From the NCBI GenBank assembly GCA_016841205.1, contig JAENZP010000014.1, forward strand, positions 23,003-87,002: a stretch of DNA of 64,000 nucleotides. Direction: 5' to 3'. This document shows positions 56,888-64,000 of this stretch, piece after piece. The translations under genes were made by a program, and so were the position numbers. The notes beneath the pieces were generated by a model. That model saw only the letters and a list, made by a program, of their open reading frames with translations. It did not search any database and had not been told where the DNA came from. Origin of the DNA: Desulfoscipio geothermicus (GTDB lineage: Bacteria > Bacillota > Desulfotomaculia > Desulfotomaculales > Desulfallaceae). Position 1 is the stretch's first letter; each line of letters starts with the position of its first letter.

Positions 56888-56989
56888 ATGTCATAATTAC
56901 CTCTGTTAAATAATATATTCCAACAAGGAAACATGGACATTTCTTTACTGCAGACAATTTCCCGGATATATTGATCAGGAGAGGTAATT

Positions 56990-59773
56990 ATGCAAAACCA
57001 TAGCATTGATAATTTTTTCTCACAGGTTGATAACTTAACCCAAACCCACCTAAATCCTGAAGAAGTGCCTACCGTGGTAGTCATGGGCACCTATAATTCC
57101 GGCAAATCTACCCTAATTAATAACCTTTTAGGGCAGCACCTTTCACCCGTGGATATAATACCCACCACACCAGCCCCGGTCCGGTTCAGTTACGGCGAAC
57201 GTTTTCTTGCTCGGGTATATTATCCCGACCGGCAGATGCATATTTTAACGGCAGATGAACTAGCGCGCCTTTTGACTCGCAAAGAGCTGCGCGGGGGTGA
57301 AATCACCCATGTCGAAGTACGGTACAAGCATGATCTGCTAAACAAAATGCATATTGTTGACACACCAGGTCTAGATGCCTTACATGAACCGTCATCATTG
57401 CTAAGCCGTTTCCCTGCATCGGAACATATTGTTTATCTATTGCAGCAAAGGGGGCTTAACGAGGCAGACAGGCAACAGATACAAAAACTGGTCAGCAGTT
57501 ACCCCCCCGGAATCATTTCTTTCTGGATAAACTGCAACCTGGGTGTCCACGACGGTACATCACTAGAGGAATCCCGCCAGTATTTACGTCAAATCTGCGG
57601 TAGTGAAGTAACTGTACATCTGATCAACACCATGAATCATGAGGATATCCACAAATTTCAACTATTTATTGAAAACCAGGCGGCAATTTTTAAACTACAA
57701 AAAATTAGCGATAAACTAAAAAAACTGGACGTCCAAATAACTGATATGCTCGCCGCCTCTATACGCGAAAATGATGATGCCAAATTTCTTGAACGGCTCT
57801 GGCCGGCCATTGAACAAGCCCGCTTAATTATCCACGGCCAAAATATGATAAATACCTTGCCCCCTGTATCGCAGCAAATAGCCTCGTTACTGGAAAAACC
57901 GGCTGGCCCGGCATTTGACCCCGGCGGCGTATCATTAGTATACAAAACCGCCGGTCCCCAACAAGATCCGGCAGCGACACGAGAAAAAATTATATCTATA
58001 GTAGAACAAGCCTTAGCTGACCCACTCCTGATACTATATACCGATTCTATTAAGAAACTGAAGTCACTGCATAGTCAATTAAAAAAGGAGAATTACTTGG
58101 TAACCGCCGCTGGGGGATTTTCCAGCGGTAAATCCACATTTTTTAATGCTTTAATGGGTGAAACAATACTGCCCGTTCAAAACCGCCCGACCACATTTGC
58201 TATTACACTGCTAAAACACGGCAATATAAAAAAAGCAACGATCAACTATTCCCGGCAGGTGACTATCCCAACCCATTATATAGAGGGTCAGCAGGCCACC
58301 ATTTGCCGGCATGAACTGGCTGCCCTGGAGCAGTGGATCACCGAACCGGAACTGATAGCACAAATATACGCCATAGAAAAAAGCAAAAACGGCCGGCTAA
58401 CTAAAATCACCATTGCCGAACTATTGCAGCAGATAGAGCTGTTAAAAAAATCCTTTGCCCGGGTTAAGCGAGATTTCCCGAATAAAAAGCGACCATGGAA
58501 ATCCCTGTTCAAAAAAATAGCGGCCCAAAATTTTATGGCCAGTGAATTAGCCGATTATTTTAGCGTGTATTTTAAAACCGCGACAAAAGAGGAAATTGAA
58601 CTGGATTGCCCTGCCGGCCGAGCCACGCTGAACAAAATAGCAGCCACTCATCTGGCCCTGAGAGTATCGGACATTGTTATAGAGCACCCGGCGGAACTGC
58701 TGCGCCTGGCCACGTTCGTGGATACACCGGGACTGGATTCGGTTTACCACCACCACCGGGAAATAACTACCCGCTACCTGCCGTCGTCAGATTGTTTTCT
58801 CTTTTTTTTAAATGGCAAACATATTCTAACCCAACCTGACATGGGTATTTGGGAAATACTTCGCCGGGCGATGCAAGACAAGCAACAACCGAGCCGCAAA
58901 TTATTTATCGTAGTTAACTTCGCCGATACCCTGACCAGCAAGGAACGAGATAAGGTAAAAAATTACCTGCAGGAAAATTTAGTTAAACCCTCGCGAGGAG
59001 CGGTGGACCCAAGCAATATTTATTTTATTTCCGCCCTGGATGCCTTAACCGGGCGTAATAAGACAATTTTCTCCCGGTTTATAGGACATTTAAAAGAACG
59101 CATTTGGGAATTGCGTTGCGCAGATAAATACCGTGAATATATTCAAATTTTTAAACAAGTCCTGCCCCGTGCAGTTCAAGCAGAGACAAATCCAGAATAT
59201 AAAGAAGTGGATAAACATCTGGATTTATTGAAAAGTGAAACCGCGGATCTACTGGTGTCAATTAAGCAAAGGATGGCTTACTGGCAAGCACAAATAGCCT
59301 CCTTCAGCAATCAGGAAGATTTTTTCGGCCTTCGGGAAGGCCAAAAATCAATTAAAAAAGGTTTTCTCGGTTTGTCCCGCAAGGCGGTAACGGTGCCCTC
59401 CTGCCAGGACATATCTGATAGCGTAAATTTATTGTTGAAAGACTTTCATCGTAAATGGGCCGGTCATACAAATAGCCTGACTATCTACGTTCTAAATACA
59501 ACGGAACTGCAAAAAACCATTGATAATTTACTGGCTAATTTTAAATTATCGCAAGCCCACAGTGTATTAAGTAAATATATCAGTGTCCAAGAGGAACGTA
59601 TAAACTCATTCATTAATACAATGGCCAACCAAATTGAGCATAATTTAAAGATGAATGCGCCAAAAACGAAAAGTTATAATATATCCCCCGCAGCATTGGC
59701 AGCTACCCATCAATATATTAAAGAGATAAACAAACTGGAAGAGAACATCTACGGCATCAGTCAGCCGGAGTAA
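56990..59773 (+). CDS. Bacterial dynamin-like protein with two GTPase domains (DynA-type fusion)
   Basis: G1 MGTYNSGKST plus G3 VDTPGLDA in the N-half. A second G1 AAGGFSSGKST plus G3 VDTPGLDS in the C-half. Confidence 0.8.
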   Translation: MQNHSIDNFFSQVDNLTQTHLNPEEVPTVVVMGTYNSGKSTLINNLLGQHLSPVDIIPTTPAPVRFSYGERFLARVYYPDRQMHILTADELARLLTRKELRGGEITHVEVRYKHDLLNKMHIVDTPGLDALHEPSSLLSRFPASEHIVYLLQQRGLNEADRQQIQKLVSSYPPGIISFWINCNLGVHDGTSLEESRQYLRQICGSEVTVHLINTMNHEDIHKFQLFIENQAAIFKLQKISDKLKKLDVQITDMLAASIRENDDAKFLERLWPAIEQARLIIHGQNMINTLPPVSQQIASLLEKPAGPAFDPGGVSLVYKTAGPQQDPAATREKIISIVEQALADPLLILYTDSIKKLKSLHSQLKKENYLVTAAGGFSSGKSTFFNALMGETILPVQNRPTTFAITLLKHGNIKKATINYSRQVTIPTHYIEGQQATICRHELAALEQWITEPELIAQIYAIEKSKNGRLTKITIAELLQQIELLKKSFARVKRDFPNKKRPWKSLFKKIAAQNFMASELADYFSVYFKTATKEEIELDCPAGRATLNKIAATHLALRVSDIVIEHPAELLRLATFVDTPGLDSVYHHHREITTRYLPSSDCFLFFLNGKHILTQPDMGIWEILRRAMQDKQQPSRKLFIVVNFADTLTSKERDKVKNYLQENLVKPSRGAVDPSNIYFISALDALTGRNKTIFSRFIGHLKERIWELRCADKYREYIQIFKQVLPRAVQAETNPEYKEVDKHLDLLKSETADLLVSIKQRMAYWQAQIASFSNQEDFFGLREGQKSIKKGFLGLSRKAVTVPSCQDISDSVNLLLKDFHRKWAGHTNSLTIYVLNTTELQKTIDNLLANFKLSQAHSVLSKYISVQEERINSFINTMANQIEHNLKMNAPKTKSYNISPAALAATHQYIKEINKLEENIYGISQPE

Positions 59774-59829
59774 GTAAAACGGCACCGGCATCCTGTGAAT
59801 TTCACCATAAACCCCGGGAGGGATATACC

Positions 59830-60012
59830 ATGCAAAACGCCAGAGCACTGGACGAAAGGTTGCGCAAAATAATTAGGGAAGTCAGCGATAGCACTGGCCA
59901 GGAAATCAAACGCGATTTAATTAAAGAGCTGGCTAGCGTAGTTAATGAAAACCAGACCAAGGAAATATACAGTTTCCTGGAGTCCTTTAACCGGGCCTTG
60001 AAAAAATTATAA
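59830..60012 (+). CDS. Small coiled-coil protein (60 aa)
   Basis: GGGAGGG SD. Tightly spaced after the dynamin-like gene. Confidence 0.6.
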   Translation: MQNARALDERLRKIIREVSDSTGQEIKRDLIKELASVVNENQTKEIYSFLESFNRALKKL

Positions 60013-60028
60013 AAAGGGGGAACAGGTT

Positions 60029-60289
60029 ATGTTCAAAGGTCAAGATAACGAAATACAAGGCATAATCACGGATATTCTAATCGGTTTGAGAGGTAAATTT
60101 GTTCAGCCCGTATTAGATGAAAACGGCCGGCTGTTAAACATGCTGGAGGACCTAAAAAGACAGGACCAGGAGGGAATTGCTGATCTAAAGGAACGGGTTG
60201 CCCTGCTGGAACAAAAAATTGAAGAAATACCCCTGCTGGTTCTTTCCGCTATCAGGGATGCCATTAACCAGGCCACCGAGGGAGAGTAA
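60029..60289 (+). CDS. Small coiled-coil protein (86 aa)
   Basis: AAGGGGG SD. 16-nt gap from the previous gene. Confidence 0.6.
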   Translation: MFKGQDNEIQGIITDILIGLRGKFVQPVLDENGRLLNMLEDLKRQDQEGIADLKERVALLEQKIEEIPLLVLSAIRDAINQATEGE

Positions 60290-60291
60290 AC

Positions 60292-60609
60292 ATGGCCAAG
60301 CTTTATGAAATTAACCAAAAGTCCGCCCCTGGAGAAATAACACATTCCTTAGCTCAATCTCTTAAGAAAGGGCTTTTTGCGCCAACGGAAAAAAAATTTA
60401 ATACCCTGGAAACGGAAATTTTCAACCTCATGCAGATTATTGAGCTTGAAACAGGAAAACTAGCCTTAGAGGTCAATGAAAAATTTAATCATTTAGAAAA
60501 TGAAAATGAGCAGTTAAAAAAAATGTTTCACCTCAGCATAGCACTGTCTATTATAAGCCTGGTTAGCATCATCACCACTTTAATTTTTTTGTATAACTGG
60601 TACAGCTAG
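60292..60609 (+). CDS. Tail-anchored coiled-coil membrane protein (105 aa)
   Basis: GAGGGAGAG SD. 2-nt gap. C-terminal TM LSIALSIISLVSIITTLIFLY. Confidence 0.6.
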   Translation: MAKLYEINQKSAPGEITHSLAQSLKKGLFAPTEKKFNTLETEIFNLMQIIELETGKLALEVNEKFNHLENENEQLKKMFHLSIALSIISLVSIITTLIFLYNWYS

Positions 60610-60782
60610 ACAACGGCGGCGGCGTAGCACACCGGTTTCAACTTTGGGCCAATTACGCTCTTTTTGCATTTTTTCTTGAACTCTTGACAGATATTTATAT
60701 ATAATTATATATGTTGTATTAGTCTGACCCAACAAAGGCGTAATTTTCCTAATTTACAGCGTGAAGTGAAAAGAGGTTAACC

Positions 60783-62132
60783 ATGTCAAATTACCATTCA
60801 TCTATTAAAGCACTACCCAGCCTGACCATCTACCGTAATGTATTAGAAGACCCTGTAGTTAAAGCGGTTACTAGGCACCTGGAAGCACTTTCCGCGCCCA
60901 CCGGCGCAATCCACCCAATCCACAGTTACAGCGAGGTCTGTCACTTGCTGTCTATGACCAGTAATCCTTTTGAAACCGACGTGGATGCGTGGCAAAACCA
61001 CCTGCTTGATCTTATTTTAAGCGACGTAAACCCGTTCAGCCGGGCAGCATATACACCGGGAGAGAATTACACCGTTTTTTCCGAGGCCATTCGTTGGGAT
61101 TTATCAATTTTACGAAGTTTATTTGAACTCAGCGCAGTTTATATGCACGACGCCACCATGTCCGTACTACAGTGTTTCTTTCATGCTACAGAAGAAGACG
61201 TTCCATTACCACCATTGGTAGGCTCCCAACCGGTGGTGGATCAGAAGAGCTTGATTTTTAATAACGATTACATGCAAATTAAAGAGGAATTGGCGGCTTC
61301 ATCACAATGGGACATGTTAGAAGAAGAGCTGGCTCATCATTATGCCACCTATGGCTGCGGTGTCTTTGGCCGTTATATCGCCTTTAGATGGCAAAACGGT
61401 GCATTGCACGGCATAAGCCGGCCAGACACTATAAAGCTAAGCGAATTGATAGACTATACGGATATGCGTGAACAAATTATTGATAATACACTACAATTTT
61501 TACACGGTTATCCTGCCAACAACCTGCTGTTTTACGGCGACAGGGGCACAGGCAAATCTTCTACTATCAAAGCACTGCTCAACGAATATTGGCCGATGGG
61601 TTTACGTCTGATAGAAGTGCCTAAAAATCAGCTGGCGGATTACCAGTTAATTATCCAAGAGCTGCGCCACCGCAAGCACCGGTTTATTTTGTTTGTGGAT
61701 GACTTATCCTTTGAAGAAAATGAAACGGATTTTAAAGATCTTAAAGCACTTTTGGAAGGTGGCATTGAAGAAAGACCCGATAATGTGCTGATTTATGCAA
61801 CTTCCAATCGCCGTCATTTAATTAAAGAAACGTTTGCAGACCGCACCAAAAACGATGACAGCAGTGAAATCCATGGCATGGACTCGGTGCAGGAAAAGCT
61901 GTCCCTGGCCGACCGTTTTGGCATTACTATTATATTCCCTTCGCCGGACCAGGAAACCTTTTTAGAAATTGTCTTTGGGCTGGCTGCACAGCGACAACTG
62001 CCGGTATCGCAACAGGAACTGCGCCAGCGTGCGTTAAAGTGGTCCATATGGCACAATGGGCGTTCACCCCGGTCAGCCCGCCAGTTTGTCGATAACCTGG
62101 AGGGACAGCTTGCTATGGGAAAACTAACCTAA
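60783..62132 (+). CDS. AAA-type ATPase of the DUF815 kind with ~230-aa uncharacterised N-domain
   Basis: Walker A GDRGTGKSS and Walker B FILFVDDLSF. Confidence 0.7.
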   Translation: MSNYHSSIKALPSLTIYRNVLEDPVVKAVTRHLEALSAPTGAIHPIHSYSEVCHLLSMTSNPFETDVDAWQNHLLDLILSDVNPFSRAAYTPGENYTVFSEAIRWDLSILRSLFELSAVYMHDATMSVLQCFFHATEEDVPLPPLVGSQPVVDQKSLIFNNDYMQIKEELAASSQWDMLEEELAHHYATYGCGVFGRYIAFRWQNGALHGISRPDTIKLSELIDYTDMREQIIDNTLQFLHGYPANNLLFYGDRGTGKSSTIKALLNEYWPMGLRLIEVPKNQLADYQLIIQELRHRKHRFILFVDDLSFEENETDFKDLKALLEGGIEERPDNVLIYATSNRRHLIKETFADRTKNDDSSEIHGMDSVQEKLSLADRFGITIIFPSPDQETFLEIVFGLAAQRQLPVSQQELRQRALKWSIWHNGRSPRSARQFVDNLEGQLAMGKLT

Positions 62133-62293
62133 TTCCGTCACTGCTTCGATAACGGCATCAGCTCCGGCGGCATCCAGCTGTTCTCGCACGCAAACCCGGA
62201 CAGCACCCCTATGCCGCCCGCGCCCACTTCTTTGATTATTCCCTGATCTCTTCGAATCTTGATTCGTTGTAACCAGATAAAAAATTTTTTCTC

Positions 62294-62569
62294 TTAATTC
62301 TTAATTTCTGATATTTTTTGTTTCAAATCTTCGATATTTTGTTGGGAAGCAAGGATTTTCTGGCATAGTTCCGATACTGGACTATCCGGGTTTTCCTTAT
62401 CCCGTTCGAAAATAAATTGTCCGATTTCCCTATAATATTGTTTGATCTGCTTTTCTTCAGAGGAAATCGTACTATTCAGTTTTGTTACTTCTGCAATCTC
62501 CTTGGCTTTATCCGTTGCTGTTTCCGCCACATTACCGATTTTTTTCCCTAACTCATTAAAAAATGCCAT
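62294..62569 (-). CDS. Small coiled-coil protein (91 aa)
   Basis: Track ORF, last gene of a leftward three-gene cluster. Confidence 0.55.
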   Translation of the reverse strand: MAFFNELGKKIGNVAETATDKAKEIAEVTKLNSTISSEEKQIKQYYREIGQFIFERDKENPDSPVSELCQKILASQQNIEDLKQKISEIKN

Positions 62570-62620
62570 TTTATATCACTCCATTTTGATTGATGACTCG
62601 TAAAACTGTACCGACTGTTC

Positions 62621-63676
62621 CTATAAGTTGGAGCATACCCCTCCCCATTCAACAACTGTGTAATTATACCTTTCTATTTTTTTGACTTGATCAATAATCT
62701 TAAAATCTTTTTGCTCATTAAATTCTTCAATTAAAAACCATAACCTGAAAACACTGTCCGGCCTGGGCACGATCGTTAGCGGCATAATGCTGTCCAGCGT
62801 ATCCCTGCCCTGCGGGTAGAAGACATAATTTTTTTTCCCTGTAAGTTTATCTCCCCAATATTCCAGGAAATCGCCCTTCTCTTTTTCATTAAACCCATAC
62901 CTGTCCAGCATTTGTTCCATATCTGCTTTCAATCTTTGCCCGTGCATGACAAAGCCTTCTTCCCGCTGCAGTCCCTGATCAGGAATTCTGGCTTCGTAGA
63001 ACAAATAGTCATTGGTACCGTTGATAGATCCCCTCTCAACTTTCGCATTCCAACCCTCTTGTTGATCATACGCCGGAATAGACGCTGTAATATATTGATA
63101 AGGTTCAATCTTAACATTTGCCGTAATGTCTTTTGGGCAGTAAATATAGATATTCGGTTTGTAAACGCCTAAAAAATTCAATAACGGATTGCCGATATGC
63201 TTTTTCAGCCAGGAACCAATTGTACTCATTGCCTGAACTACCTTAACTGAAGTAATAATATTTTTGGCAAAATCCGCACAGATTTTCACTCCGACCGTAA
63301 CGGCAACAATAACAGGGATAGAAGCCCCGCCCAGGACAATTCCGGCGATGAGCCCTCCAGCCGCCGCGGAGTTTATCCCCAGTTCAATATAATCCATGCC
63401 CGTGGCGTTGTTGCTGAAAGCTTTTACCAATCCGGAACCGATATCATAAAAAGAATTACCCAGTTCAAAAACCGCACCGCCAAAACCTGCACCCGATAGA
63501 ACAAAGGAAAAAGCCGAATCGACAACAAAACCTTCCGTACCGTTCAACTCAAGAAAATCTGAAACGATGCCTGACTCAGCCTCTTGCTGAACCGAAAAAG
63601 TAATCAGTAGCACCAAGATTATCAAGGCAAACAATAGCCGTACGGTTATTTTATTTTTTTGCATGATTTCCAGCAT
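62621..63676 (-). CDS. Membrane protein with Gly-rich hydrophobic N-half and soluble C-domain, uncharacterised
   Basis: N-terminal TM and a GGLIAGIVLGGASIPVIVAVTVG segment. Its start overlaps the stop of the TPR gene (TAATG). Confidence 0.6.
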   Translation of the reverse strand: MLEIMQKNKITVRLLFALIILVLLITFSVQQEAESGIVSDFLELNGTEGFVVDSAFSFVLSGAGFGGAVFELGNSFYDIGSGLVKAFSNNATGMDYIELGINSAAAGGLIAGIVLGGASIPVIVAVTVGVKICADFAKNIITSVKVVQAMSTIGSWLKKHIGNPLLNFLGVYKPNIYIYCPKDITANVKIEPYQYITASIPAYDQQEGWNAKVERGSINGTNDYLFYEARIPDQGLQREEGFVMHGQRLKADMEQMLDRYGFNEKEKGDFLEYWGDKLTGKKNYVFYPQGRDTLDSIMPLTIVPRPDSVFRLWFLIEEFNEQKDFKIIDQVKKIERYNYTVVEWGGVCSNL

Positions 63677-64000
63677 TATCTTTCCTCCGGAAAAAATCTT
63701 TCTTTTAAGTCCGGATAATCCTTGATTTCATCTTCCAGCTTGCTGATTTGAACCGCCAAGTCCCGCTGCTGAGAATAAGCCGGACAGTTTTTCGCTTTCT
63801 CAATAAAGGTCAGCGCTTCGGCAAATTCCATCTTCTTCATCTTGCTTTGCGCCAGGCTGTAATAAATCCTAGGATTATCAGGCACAATTTGCAGCGCTTC
63901 GGCATAAAAATACTCCGCAGAACGATAATTTTTATTCCGATAATAAGCCTCGCCGGCATAATAACATCCCAGCCACATTTCCGGTTCCAGCAAAACGGCT
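63676..64000 (-). CDS. TPR-repeat protein (partial; frame open to the window edge)
   Basis: TPR-like YYAGEAYYRNKNYRSAEYFYAEALQIVPDNPRIYYSLA. Confidence 0.6.
   Translation of the reverse strand, partial: AVLLEPEMWLGCYYAGEAYYRNKNYRSAEYFYAEALQIVPDNPRIYYSLAQSKMKKMEFAEALTFIEKAKNCPAYSQQRDLAVQISKLEDEIKDYPDLKERFFPEER

Noticed and set aside
62140-62275. A GC-rich segment whose minus strand reads IIKEVGAGGIGVLSGFA and, in another frame, EQLDAAGADAVIEAVTE, reminiscent of the NAD-binding N-terminus of 3-hydroxyacyl-CoA dehydrogenases.
   Set aside because: The similarity is very short, frame-shifted and internally deleted. At best this is a fossil fragment, and it cannot be supported without a search.

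Overview
This window looks like chromosome from a spore-forming Firmicute. spoIID, bofC, sigI-rsgI, yteA and prkA are all present, and the gene order resembles Peptococcaceae or Desulfotomaculum-type genomes, but the organism call is tentative. The window has two parts.

(1) Positions 1 to about 24716 are the right arm of a prophage-like element whose left end lies outside the window.
- A leftward early and replication module runs from a Cro-like XRE regulator through an ASCH protein, a C5-methyltransferase, an initiator carrying origin iterons, a DnaC-like loader and a DUF2786 protein to a small late-regulator-like HTH protein.
- A rightward CI-like repressor plus ImmA pair follows.
- Next comes an accessory island of about 12 kb. 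It holds a decayed dinD-like gene, an AvcD/dCTP-deaminase-type P-loop+deaminase fusion, a complete type I R-M operon (hsdRMS) with an ImmA/IrrE-type peptidase chained to hsdS, two very AT-rich uncharacterised genes separated by a GC-rich strongly base-paired element, a fossil tyrosine integrase, and hicB with a truncated hicA.
- The element ends with a large serine recombinase whose 3' end abuts a truncated host prkA gene.

(2) Positions 24.7-64 kb are core chromosome: murT-gatD, sigI-rsgI, yteA, secDF-yajC-tgt-queA, spoIID, queH, ruvCAB, bofC-like, yebC, nadE, acyl-CoA genes, gap and murJ. This part also carries a two-GTPase dynamin-like operon and an orphan atypical 5S-like RNA gene.

The most promising places for an undescribed system:
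- the uncharacterised module at 20025-22494 (a beta-solenoid/channel-like protein, a structured GC-rich element and a 335-aa orphan protein) inside the phage defence island;
- the peptidase embedded in the hsd operon;
- the prophage that splits prkA.

Everything was read by eye. No searches, folding or statistics were run. Small-feature coordinates may be off by 1-3 nt, and family names are recalled signatures that need HMM confirmation.
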